From Eledone cirrhosa (taxonomy: Eukaryota), in assembly GCA_964016885.1 (NCBI GenBank), contig OZ024743.1, positions 303,180,001 to 303,244,000 of the forward strand: a stretch of DNA of 64,000 bases, in the 5' to 3' direction. Shown here piece after piece: positions 15,861 to 28,101 of the stretch. A program made the position numbers and the translations under genes. The notes under the pieces were generated by a model, which saw only the letters and a list, made by a program, of their open reading frames with translations, made no database searches and was not told the DNA's origin. Position 1 is the first letter of the stretch. Each line of letters begins with the position of its first letter.

Positions 15861-17038
15861 CTAGCAGCAGTACCCAGCGTTGCCTGGGTGAGTAAAATAA
15901 TATCTGCTTTGATGAAATGGTGTTGATCTTAGCGACTACTTCTCGATGACACATATATGGCCACACAAAGGCCATGCGGGGGAGGGTGGTAATGACCTCT
16001 ATCACTGAGAAACGCGGGTGAGTGACGAAGGGGCATGCTGGAGGAGGGAGGTAATGACCTCTAACACTAAGCCCAATTTCCTCACGCTACTTGATTGGAA
16101 ACCGATGAATTCTCAAATACACAACTAAAAGCTCAGACGATGTCAGTGGCCATCGTTTTGTCTTTGCCCATTTATAATATGTGAAATGATAGGTTCTATC
16201 GTAGTATAAAAGTTGAACCAAATAAATTGATTTATGTTTGAGTGGAGCCGAAGTTTCGAATTTGAACGAAATCGGTGGAAAAATGTGGGAGCTAATGATA
16301 GGTCGCCGTCCCAGAACAAAAAAATGCAAAGTGTAAAGCTACTATAAGATGTGAAATGATAGGTTCTATCGTAGTATAAAAGTTGAACCAAATAAATTGA
16401 TTTATATGTGAGGTGGAGCCAAAGTTTTGAATTTGAACGAAAACGGTTAAAAAATGTGGGAGCTAGAGCAGAAAAGGCGGAAATTTGAACGAACAGGTGG
16501 TATTTTCGAATATTTAAGCAGCTGCCACGCCGTTCCTGAACAAAAAATCCGAATTGTAAAGCCACTTTAAGAATGAAATAATCAGATCTAGCGTTGTGTA
16601 AAATTTAAAAAAGTAGGTTGATTAATGTGGGAGCTAGAGCCGAAAATATTAAAATTTGGGTCTAAAATTGGTATTTTTGAATATTTAAGCGGCTGTCACG
16701 CCATCCCTGAATAACAAATGTAAAATATAATCCCATTACAGGATGTGCAATTATAAATTCTATTTTGCTTTAAAATTTGAACAAATTCGGTGGCAAAATG
16801 TGGGAGCTAGAGCCAAACAATCTTATTTTTCGATAGCTAAAAAAAAGTGAACTCCCCCTCTATTTTTATCTGCAGAATGACCCCGGAATAAAAAAAGAAA
16901 AACGATACGCTGATATATAGAAAACCCTCCGCGATGACTAATCTATGAGCCTGTAAAGTTTCATGAAAATCGGTCGTAAGATGTAGGCCCCTATATGTAA
17001 TACACAGACACACATACTTAATTGTATATATATACAGA
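15861..17038 (-). mobile_element. Non-autonomous Helitron, copy 1
   Basis: Minus strand begins A|TC and ends CTAG|T, with the hairpin ACCCAGGCAACGCTGGGT just upstream of CTAG. Internal ~170 bp subrepeats. Homologous copy at 61312-62266. Confidence 0.8.
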
Positions 17039-17914
17039 TTACTACTAGTTTGTTTTGATTATGTTTCCATGGATAGATCTAATGAAATAACTGGTAATTG
17101 GTCGGGGTGGAAAACAATTAACTGGTTTTAAATTAAATACATTTGATGAATCTATTAATAACCTGGTCATGATCTTGATAAATAATTATGAAAGGTGATG
17201 AACATTATATATGAAGAAATGACAGAATATCTAAAGGGAAAATGCAAATGTGAGCAGCTGATATGAAAATATCTAACGTACACAAAGAATTAAGGTTATA
17301 CTCGCACTCACCACCACGCTCCTTCCTTTTCTCCCATTTTCTCTGCTTCTATCTCATACACACACATATATTCAACTTTAAGTCATATCATCGTTTTTCT
17401 CGGAATCAATATATCGCTTGTAATTTAATATAATAAAATTCAGTTAAATTAGTATTTATTTTAGTTAAATTTCCATGTGTTTTCACCTTGCTAACAAAAC
17501 AACATGTCACATTGAATTCATGCTTTAAGCTCCTAAATCGGCCAGGCATGCTCATCTAATCTCTATCTAAGACTTCCAGAGAAATACCATAATTTATCCA
17601 TGCCTATCTAAAATGTGACCTGTAAGAAATGGTTATCGAAATGCTTTCATATGAACAATATTCCGGGGCAAAGCTATCATGGAGTAATGTTTTAGTAATT
17701 TACTATATCTTTCTACAAATTGTATGTATGTTCCCGTAATTCCTGATGGAGTCGTAGGGGTGGTGTATTGAAATACGGCGTTTCCTGAATATTTTAACCT
17801 GGTGGGGCCATGCTCCCCAGGATTGAATGCAGCATATTTCTTCCAGAGAATGATAGGAAATAAGATAGAGTAAAAGAAAAAAGATGTAGAGAAGGGTCGA
17901 CCCAAATACTAGAA

Positions 17915-18030
17915 ATGGAACATAAGTATGAAAGGAAAATTTGCACTCGGTGGGATTTGAATTCAGAGATCAGAAAGCCGGAACAAATGCCACAAAACAC
18001 TCTATCCGAAGTTCTAACAAATCTGCCAAT
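17915..18030 (-). mobile_element. Partial diverged tRNA-derived SINE
   Basis: ATGAAAGGAAAATTTGCACTCGGTGGGATTTGAATTCAGA and a terminal TCTGCCAA match the reverse complement of the SINE head and core. Confidence 0.65.
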
Positions 18031-18137
18031 GTGCTGCCTTCGTTTAGTAATTAATATAAATTAAATTTCATTTCCCATTTATATTAGTATATCGAACCCA
18101 GTTTTTCCTCCATTAAGAACTTTAAATATTTCTACAG

Positions 18138-18176
<39 letters not shown>

Positions 18177-18179
<3 letters not shown>

Positions 18180-18296
18180 CGATGGAAATGTGGTAGGGAA
18201 CCAGGTGGACCATAACGCACCAAAGTACTCAATAATTAGGGTAGTAGAGTGGGTAATAGGAACGAGTAGGACCCCGACGGCTGCTCAAGCTAATTC
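18177..18296. repeat. Inverted, diverged copy 4 of the 821-1036 repeat
   Basis: GGAACCAGGTGGACCATAACGCACCAAAGTACTCAATAATTAGGGTAGTAGAGTGGGTAATAGG is the reverse complement of the 821 repeat. Confidence 0.88.
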
Positions 18297-18331
18297 TGGA
18301 CTAATTCCTACTCGTTCCTATATATATATAT

Positions 18332-18817
18332 ACAAAACCTATATATTTGCTAGCATAGGTATGCATCTGTATATATATGTTGGAAGATATACTAATTCTT
18401 TATAATTTACCCCAAATTATTTTGTTGAGCAAAAATTTGCCAAAACTGCTACTATAGTTCATAGTAATAGTTCGGCTACTGTCTTCTTACACCCCACTCC
18501 TTACTGATTAACCTTGATGTCACGTGATTGATTCTTTTGAATTTGCCACCGACCAAGTAGGCAGTGATTTTTTCAATGTCTTGGAATTTAGTCCACGCTT
18601 GCTTTTTTCCATCCACTGAATTATTTTTGTATAAGTTCCCTGTGTCCACGCCTTGCCTGGGAACTTAGCTGAGAATAGACTTCCTGATGACGAAAGGCCT
18701 TCCCCATGTGTTCCATTGGGAAACCATGTTTATTCCCTTTCAGAGACTAATTAGTTGGAGTGAAACTTTGGTAAGTAAGTTAATTTTTATAATTTTCTTA
18801 TTTTACGTCTTTCATAT
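18332..18817 (+). mobile_element. Non-coding HHR element (family E, ~520 bp unit), single copy
   Basis: Reverse complement of the tandem units at 40614-41623. Flanked by TA runs and contains an HHR motif. Confidence 0.82.
18679..18761 (+). ncRNA. Hammerhead motif (family E), GAAA mutated to GAGA
   Basis: ACTTC-CTGATGA-cGAAAGG...CCTTTCa-GAG-ACTAATTAGT-T-GGAGT, with palindromic stem III. The homologue at 41133 retains GAAA. Confidence 0.7.
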
Positions 18818-19038
18818 ATATATATATATATAAATGTAAGTATGTATGTATTCGTACATACATATATATATACAGACGAACAGTAGTATGTATACATACA
18901 TACACACATATATATATGCACGTATCGGTTTACCGAACATTTATTATAACACTCGGTTTGTTTGTAAACAAACAAACAGCCCGAATTACGCCGTACAGTG
19001 TTTAGGTAACAACGTCACTTTTTTGTTCAACACTGACA

Positions 19039-19097
19039 CAGGAACAATGTACTAGTTTCAAGCTTATTAGCTTTCCTCCGCATCGTATACCTTCCTG
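19039..19097 (-). ncRNA. Hammerhead motif (family F), core mutated to CGGAGGA
   Basis: Minus strand reads CAGGAA ggtata CGATG-CGGAGGA-AAGCT aata AGCTT-GAA-ACTAGT-A-CATTG TTCCTG. Confidence 0.72.
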
Positions 19098-19582
19098 TCA
19101 GATGGTTGAACGTCTGAAAGTATATATTTTCCCTATGCATATTAACGGCTGAGCAGCCTAATTTGCATATCGAGTGAGTTCAGTCGGCTGGGCGCACCGA
19201 AAACGATAAATGGAATAGAATGAAACGAAATGTTATTTCTCACTCTTAGTACGGCACTTACTTAAATGTAAGTATGTATGTAATATGCATATATATATGT
19301 GCATATATATATACGTGCATATATATATGTGTGCATGTATGTATATATATACATACTACTGTACGTCTGTATATATATATGTAGGTACGTATATATATAC
19401 ATACATGTAAGTAAGTGCCGTATTAAGAGTGAGAAATGAAATTTCGTTTCATTCTATTCCATTTATCGTTTTCGGTGCGCCCAGCCGACCGAACTCACTC
19501 GATATGCAAATTAGGCTGCTCAGCCGTTAATATGCCTAAGGAAAGTATATACTTTCAGACTTTCAGACGTTCAACCATCTGG

Positions 19583-19641
19583 CAGGAAGGTATACGATGC
19601 TGACGATAGCTAATAAGCTTGAAACTAGTACACCGTTCCTG
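19583..19641 (+). ncRNA. Type I hammerhead ribozyme motif (family F)
   Basis: CAGGAA ggtata CGATG-CTGACGA-tAGCT aata AGCTt-GAA-ACTAGT-A-CACCG TTCCTG. Bulged stem I, intact core, palindromic stem III ACTAGT, GUA triplet. Confidence 0.88.
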
Positions 19642-19913
19642 TGTCAGTGTTGAACAATAAGGTGACGTGGTTGCCTAAACACTGCACGGCGTAACTCGGG
19701 CTGTTTGTTTGTTTACAAACAAACAAACCGAGCATTATAATAAATGTTCGGTAAACCGATACGTGCATATATATATGTGTGCATGTATGTATATATATAC
19801 ATTCTACTGTACGTCTGTATACATATATGTATGTATGTATACATACTTACATACCTACATTTAAGTAAGTGCGTACTAAGAGTGAGAAATGAAATTTCGT
19901 TTCATTCTATTCC

Positions 19914-19997
<84 letters not shown>

Positions 19998-21405
19998 ATG
20001 CTTTGGTAGGGGCATGTTGCCAATAAGAAACACACACACCAGTTGCTTTCACTCCAATTTACTATAAATTAAATTTATAAATTTCCGGTTGGTTGGTTCC
20101 ATAACCGGACGGTTGTTCATATATTATCACACACTCTGTGACCTCTTAAGTCATTGGGGATTCTTTTCTTTGTTTTGTGCCTCTCCTTTGTTCTGTCATA
20201 CGCCATCTTGTTTTTGTGTGTTCAGATAAAGAATATTGCTAAACAAATTCAGAAACGATATATATATATATTACCTTAAAAACATTAATTTAATTATGTC
20301 ATCTCGGCATATCTATGTAGAACATTTTTACTTTTGCTTAGTAATAAGTTTAAACACATATCTCTTCAGCATTAAACGATATATCTCCATTTTCTCTTAA
20401 TATCTTTTTCGCAATTCAATTTAATTTGGTTTGTAATAATCATGTTAAGTTAGGATTTAGATTCCTTTTTTTTTAATGCGCCCTTGTGTCATTAACAAAA
20501 TAATATGCAATATATAATTTACTCCTTATGAATTCCTCCTGCTTTTCCTGTACACATTGTATTAATATCATTAAGTAATCCGGTTTGTTTTCTTTATGAA
20601 CAACTTTAAATGCATCTATATATTCATATTGTCGTAAAAAATAAATTTAATTCTACGAAGTCGGCATATTTCTGTAGAGTCTCTCTAACGTTTCACTATC
20701 TGTTAGACACACAGTGACTAACAACAGCATGTGTTAAGTCTGCGTGAGATATATGCGCTGCTTGTGAATACAAATTCAAGGGGCTTCACTGGCCGTGGTG
20801 ATGTCTGCCAAACATCTTTTGAAATGTATCGTCTTATTGATTAATTTCATCGTCGTATTGGCTACTCAACCAATGAGAGTAATGTTTGCTCAAAAGTACC
20901 CGCCACTTTGTTTGCACGTTTATTTATCGTTTCGCTTCCGAATCTTCCTCCTGTATTTCGTCATTTATCATCAAAATATTTTTCTCGATGTGGTACGTCA
21001 TATTGTTAATTTATATATGATTTTTTAAATGTATAATATCAATTTTTTTTCAGTTAGTTATAACATGCTTATTCGTTGTATCATATTTACTTGTATATTT
21101 GTCCATATTTTGTTCATTTTATGTAAGATTATTTTATTATTATTATGTGAGATTATTTTTTTAGACTATTTGTATGTAATATTACATTTTTATTCATTCA
21201 ACTATAACAATTATTATGTAAAATATATTATCTAATATTGATTGTTTTTTGTAGTTATTTATATTAAAAGTCTGAAAATATGTTTATACATCTTACAATA
21301 ATATTTATAAAATCATTTATAAAATAACAATTATATAATCTAATTACAACGATAATTTGTTATTAATACATATCATTTTTAACTAGAGTTGCCTTAAAAA
21401 AATAT

Positions 21406-21857
21406 TAAACTAGACCTGAAAATGCGCAAGCTCAAAAGAGCCACATAATGTTATGATAAACCTTCAAATGTGTGAGACTAGATTTGTTGCTCAAACATAT
21501 TGTAATCATTATCTATCGTACATTCTGTGTCATACTTTTATAAAAAAGAGACTCATAACGAACTCAAAACAACCCGATAATTATTTAAGTGAATTTATAA
21601 TATAGAATTCGGTTTGAGTGCATTTCGTATTAATCATTACTAAACATCAAAGATGAGATATTGAACATTAGCTTAAATAATTATCGTGTCGTCTTGAGTT
21701 CGTTATGAGTCTCTTTTTTATAAAAGGATGCCACAGAGTGTACGATAGATAATGATTACAATATTTTTGAGAACCAACTCTAGTCTCACACTTTTGAAGG
21801 TTTATCATAACATTATGTGGCACTTTTGAGCTTGCGTATTTTTCAGATCTAGTATAA
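21406..21857. repeat. Inverted repeat, ~185 bp diverged arms with 80 bp spacer (foldback or MITE-like)
   Basis: 21406-21590 is the imperfect reverse complement of 21671-21857 (e.g. GAGACTCATAACGAACTCAA / TTGAGTTCGTTATGAGTCTC). Confidence 0.88.
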
Positions 21858-22894
21858 TGATGTCTTTTCAACATTAAACGATATCCTTTTGTTTTCTCTT
21901 ACTATCTAACCCGTAAGTTAATTTAATTTAATTCTGCAACGTCAGGATTTCCACCACTGTTTCCATATTACTCCCCTTGACTAACACAACTATATGCCAT
22001 ATTTGATATGTTGCATGCCGTGTAGACATGTACTTAAATTATACGCTCCCCTTGTATTGTCAAGATCAGGCAGACAACTTCCAGACTTGCCACTGTCACG
22101 CAGGTATATGCACAAGTATATACAGGTATTTTAGTTATGAGGATGTACGTATGGAAGTATGTTGTTTTGTGAGTATGCGTGTATGAATGAATGGATATAT
22201 CTGTGAGGTTTTTCTGAACTTGATCAGAATTTAGTGAGTTAGACGCTTACGGAGATGATCGGCGATGATCTTAATCGGTCGTATTCTGCAGAGTGAAAAT
22301 GCATAAAGATAGACAATAAAAAAGTAACAATACGTTTCATTACGTCTACGCTAACGACCGCGTAAGTGTTCAACAACTGTGCACACTCACAGGTATAGTA
22401 AAGAAAAAATTCCCCCATGACACTCACATCCTATATGGTTCGAGGATGCAGAGCTCCTACTATTAGCTCCGGGTGATTGTGGAAATGATAGAGTGATTGT
22501 GCGTAGGTAATGATGTTTGCAAAAACAAACATCTATGTGGATGAAAGTGACCATGCGTGTGATGTAAATATACTATGGGCAGAGTTTTCGGATTTGACAG
22601 AGTGTCTAATAGGATAGCTAACGTTAGAGTAGCCTTTGCCAACAAAGCAGTTATTATAATGTTTGCATTTGCAACGCATGCACAATTTGACGACAAAATG
22701 TACGACGCTATTATTGACGTTATATGGCAGACTTGATGGTAGTGATATAAATGTATCAGGCATAATTATAACGTTTCCTCTACTACATACTATTTACATA
22801 GAAAATCTAGTGATTTACACCCCGAAAATTGCAGTTTACCTATGTACTTTATCTTGTAGGTAATTAAAATGATTTATGAAAATGTCAATATCTA

Positions 22895-24271
22895 TAGTAC
22901 CTTGATTCAGATGTACAACTGGTGACATCAATTAAAATAAATTCAAGTCTAACACTGACTATAATTGCCACCCAAGAGGAAAACAAAATCCAGCTCTCTC
23001 TTTCTTTCTAATCACTTTAATGATAAATGTTTTCTCTGCCTTCTAAAATGATCTGTAACAGCGTGTATTTGATGACAAAAACCAAGCTCTAGTTTCCGAA
23101 TAAATTCAATATACCACATTTCAGATATTTGATAATTTCTAATTAATAAAACAAAAATAATATCATGAACAACAATATTAAGAATGATTTTCAGCTAGAC
23201 ACACCGTTCCATATTTAAAGAAAAATAAAATTAGAATTTATCAATGATTTAATAATATCCTATTTAAGAACGAATGTGTTGCAAAAAAACAGCGGCCATT
23301 TAAAGCTCCAAAGGGAATGGTATGTACGCAATATCATTTGAAGTCAATGTACAGGTAACATTTATTTTATTTCACTTTTTCAATAACTTCAACGAGATGA
23401 AAGGCTTAGCAAACATCAGTATAATCTGAAGAGACGATATAATGAAATGAATTCAAAGTAACATTACAATACACGAAATCCTTTTAATATTTCTGTCAAA
23501 ACTTTATACTGTTCTACACAAAATAAAAAAAACTTACTCATGTTTCACGCATTGCTTCAGTTTCCACAGAATACGTGTAGTACATGTTGATTTCCGCTTT
23601 GGCAACAAATGGAATACAAAGAAACACTAGGTTTAATGTAGTTGATTAGTCAACCGCCTCTTCGAATGTAATTTAATTATTATTCCCAGTGATGGAGAAA
23701 AGAATATGAAATGAAATTTAGTAATACTTGTGTAAGGAAAAGTCATGTGATGTGAAACTAAGAGGAAATACGCCAAAACCACATTAACCACTTTATAAAA
23801 CATTTCTTCAGAATGTTGTATAAAATAAATATTAATTATATATTTTCGGAGAAACAGTGACAAGAAACACTTCAAAAGCAAATTACATCTACCTAATATG
23901 CAGAGTATATGTAAGTATATTCTTAAAAACAACTTAAGGATATATATTGAAATTACTAGCAGAATTCATGGCCATATGACATATCGGTTAAACATCTTAG
24001 GAAGTGTGGAACATTACCATAAAATAGAAATAATACTATGAATTAGCATAGCATCCCAATATTCATAGACTGTTTTATGTTAACGCGATTAAGGCAAGAT
24101 AAAATGAATAAAAAGAAACCACAAAATACATCGGCTAAAAGACGTAAATATACAAATAAATGAGACAAAGAAAGAAAAGAAAACATTAAAAAAACATTTA
24201 GTGAGTAAAATATGGATTATTTCAAAATTAAATTTAATGCAAAACTGCTCAAATTAGACGTAACATATTAC
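22895..24271. repeat. Diverged ~1.35 kb direct duplication, copy 1
   Basis: Colinear with 28102-29422, e.g. TATTGAAATTACTAGCAGAATTCATG and GGAACATTACCATAAAATAGAAATAATACTATGAATTAGCATAGC are shared. Confidence 0.88.
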
Positions 24272-24290
24272 ATTCATATGTTACAGATCT

Positions 24291-25142
24291 CTAAACTTTA
24301 CTCTAACCATAATCCTTAACCTAAACATAGCATTAAACACTAATCGTAAACCTAAACAAGATACTGAACCTAACCTTATCCCTAAACTTATCCCTAAACC
24401 TAAACATAACCCTACACCTATTTCCAATTATAACCCTAACACTACCGTTCACCCTAGGCCTAACACTAACCTTAAGAGCTAACGTAAATCTACGATTAAC
24501 TCTTACCCTAAACCTAACAAAAACCATAAACTTACAAGTAAGCCTTACCCTAAAGCCAACGCATATGCTAACACTGATACTGACCGTAAGTCTAAGACTA
24601 AACCTATCCCTAAATATAAACCTAACCTTAAGCTTAACCATGACCCTTACACTAACTCTAACTGTAACACAAAAGCTAAACTTGTTTAACCCTAACTCTA
24701 ATCCTAACAATACTTTTAACCATAACCCTAACCCTAACCCTAAACCTAACACTAAACCCCTAACACTAAACCTAAGTCTAACATTAATCGTTACCATAAA
24801 ACTAACGCTGAAACCAATAGCATTAAATCTAAACAAAAACCTAACTCTACCGTTAACACTAAACAGACACATAACCCTAAACATTAAAATAACCTTAATA
24901 TTTACCATAGTTATTTACTAAACTTAAACCGTAAAGCTAACCCTCAACCTAATGCTAACCTGAAACCGAAACGGAAATCTATCCCTAACCATAAATCTAA
25001 ATCTAACCCTAATCCTCACCCGAAACGGAACTCTAACCCTGAACCCAAACATATCCCAAAGTGTAACGCTATACATAAAATTCATCCCAATGCTAAACTC
25101 AACACCAAGCCAAACCCTAAACCTAAATCTACCCTTAACCTA
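24291..25142. repeat. Degenerate (CCCTAA)n-like interstitial hexamer tract
   Basis: Persistent 6 bp periodicity of xxCTAA, with exact CCCTAA runs near 24727-24743. Confidence 0.8.
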
Positions 25143-25617
25143 GATTAATCTGTCTATTGATCCAAATTCGTTTGCAGAACCTTCTACAGAAGTCCCGCGG
25201 AACGATGTCATATACACACTTGACGTATTTTATACGCCAACAAATATAGAATGGAAATGGGAAAGTGACTTGGCCTATTCATTCAGCTTTCATATTTTAC
25301 CTCTGTGTAACTACTCTCACACAGGTGTGTATATCCTGATTCACACATGGTATTCTTTCTCCTGCGAACCACATTGTTAAATGCTTATATGTTTGTTATA
25401 ATGGATTCCATTATCAATGGACACATCTAATCTATACAAAGTCATCCCCGAATGTTTTCTTTCTTATATCACCTGCTAAATCACACCACAATTATAGTTC
25501 ACCCACGATATGCTTTCTTATGTTCACCTAACCCCTTTAAATTCCCTCATCCTTTTAATAAATTTCGTGACATCATACTCATCACCTCTCTTTTACCTAC
25601 TTATTTCATTAATCATA

Positions 25618-25800
25618 TAACTGTTTCTACTTTAGGCACAAGGCCAGCAATTACCGAGTGCATTACTGGTACTTTATTTTATCGACCCCGTAAGGATGAA
25701 AGGCAAAGTCAACCTCGGCGGGATTTGAACTCAGATCGTAAAGGGACGTAACTATGCTGGAAAGCATGGCGTCCGACCCTCTACCGATACTGCCAATCCA
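25618..25800 (-). mobile_element. tRNA-derived SINE (octopus OK/OR-like)
   Basis: GGATGAAAGGCAAAGTCAACCTCGGCGGGATTTGAACTCAGA...TGCCAATCCA is the reverse complement of the family. Confidence 0.87.
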
Positions 25801-25871
25801 CCACCCATTTCATTAATCATATAACGATGATTCCTTTGTAACAATTGCTACGAACATTGGGCCGCCAGCAC

Positions 25872-25926
25872 CTGTCTGTCTGTCTGTCTGTCTGTCTGTC
25901 TGGCTGTCTGTCTGTCTGTATGTCTG

Positions 25927-25971
<45 letters not shown>

Positions 25972-25997
25972 ATCTCTCTCTTTCTCTCTCTCTCTCC

Positions 25998-26090
<93 letters not shown>
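25872..26090. repeat. (CTGT)n then (TC)n microsatellite
   Basis: Directly visible. Confidence 0.97.
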
Positions 26091-26095
<5 letters not shown>

Positions 26096-27757
26096 TAAAT
26101 CTCAACAGACTTGTTAATTGTCCAGAAACTATGCTTGCCATCCTTTGTCACCAACCTGTTGGCACTCATACATGACATCACAATTAATATGATGTTACTC
26201 AACCTCATCCTAAATGATTCTCCCATAGTTTAGAGCAACATATTCAATCGTGTCAATGAATGAATACAACTCTAGTTCTTTTGATATGAAATAACGCAGC
26301 CGGATTTAGGAAGGGCGTCAGATGTTTGATGTATGTCACAAACATTGGGTAGATTCAGCAGTCAAGCCAGATTGATAGACATCATGCTAGAGCTGGAACT
26401 ACAAACAAACATGTAATGCTTGCCGTAAACGTTTGGTGTTAGGAATGGAAACCAGTCGCAGAATACATACCGAACATATGTTTGAGAGAAATATTTAACT
26501 GTAACAGGAGCATGGCAACATACTTACTGTTTGGTGCCACTGAAAAATACACAGTCTGCTCTTTGTGAGGTTTGAAAATATAAGAGAGCTGTGTCCGCTA
26601 GCTCACCTGAGAGATCAGTGCAAAAGTTTATATAAAATCTTGGTCTTTGTTGAACCCGTTCAACCATTGATAGTAGGGAATGCTTTCGTTAATTCAAACG
26701 ATATGCATGTATGTATGTATGTATTTATCAACGTAAGTATGCATGCATGTATATATGTAGATATGCGTTAGTATGTAATTTCTATTGCGCCAACAACTTA
26801 CTATATCTTCAAATTTGTAGGATCCATGTTCTTGTAAATTCTATATGAAATTATATCCTTATATTTCTTTAGAAATGCTTGCCCTCTTTTGCAGAATGCA
26901 ATAACATGCTGATATATTCTAGAGAAATAGAGGAAAGGAAATTTAATTTTGCAATTTAAGATAGCACATGTGACATATTGTCATGATATATGTTTTCTGG
27001 ATACTGGAGACAATGAGATGACAGAAACATGTATGGTTGAATAATAAAAGACAGTAGCTCTATGGGATTTTCCTATGGTTTTCAATGTGGTAGAATAATC
27101 ACTGTTGGTAGAATAATGTTACATTTAATATCATATCATCAGCCCTTTTCGACACTTCTTCTTACAATAGTTACATATTTCTTTTGTGCATAGCTAGGAG
27201 CAACAGTTACGCCTACAAACTGAATCCTATATTCGACTTATGTTTATATATGTGATTGTATGCCTGTTCATGTGTGTATGTTTGTGTAGTGCTATTATTA
27301 TTTGTAAAGACACATGGGATTTTTGTGTGAAAATATACGCCATATCAGTTGGGTAACAGATGTGGCAAAACCAGTTTACAAGAATATCAAATGTGTAAAT
27401 GGAACTGGGAACGTGAAAAATAACGAACCTTTTAAAATAACAAATACATCAATAACGCCTTTGTTTAAATCATTATAAAGCTAAATATTTCACTGAATAA
27501 GCATGTATATTAAAGGAAGCTTTTTAGTATTAAAATAATTATTCTGAATGAATGAACAGCTGTAGCAATATATCTTATGAGAACAAGGTAAGTGAAATTT
27601 TGCATAAAGGGGACATTCCTATGCAGCATTAATATATACATATATTTTACATTATTGAATTAATCAAATTGAAAGAAAAAGGGATACACATTCAGCACGA
27701 ACGCACACACATATAACCATTCACACACACACATACACACGCACACAAACACACACA

Positions 27758-27792
<35 letters not shown>

Positions 27793-28101
27793 GTGTGTGT
27801 GTATATATAATGCCATATTAACTAATATCCCTATGCCTTCGTTAAAGTATATATAGGAGAGTATTGAAGTTTGTTTGAAGCATTCTGCAATATGTAATAC
27901 TGCGGTTGCGGTGAAATAACCAGGTAACAAGATCGAGAGGAGACAAGTAATTTTGAGTTATGTAGTGAATAAAAATAATATATTGAAAAATAACATCTCT
28001 GCTTTCTCTTCTTTCTCTTGTTTTCATTTAGCACACAACACATAATTACTTGTCTCCTCTCAATCTTGTTACATGACATTTGTACCGCAATCGCATTGTA
28101 C

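Larger units (their letters stand above)
18833..19918. mobile_element. Non-coding HHR element (family F, ~454 bp unit): minus-strand copy head-to-head with a 1.3-unit plus-strand tandem
   Basis: 18833-~19290 is the inverse of the right part. TAAGTAAGTGC recurs at 19408 and 19862. Outer ends abut TA runs. Confidence 0.87.

Noticed and set aside
20361-21930. Short diverged direct similarity between ~20361-20430 and ~21862-21930
   Set aside because: Too short and AT-rich to interpret without an alignment.
23421-23470. CTGAAGA..GAAATGAATTCA hammerhead-like string (CTGATGA in the paralogue at ~28594)
   Set aside because: No stem I or stem II, no NUH triplet, and GAAA is not kept in the paralogue.
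24333-24921. 191 aa and 118 aa ORFs
   Set aside because: By-products of the degenerate hexamer repeat.
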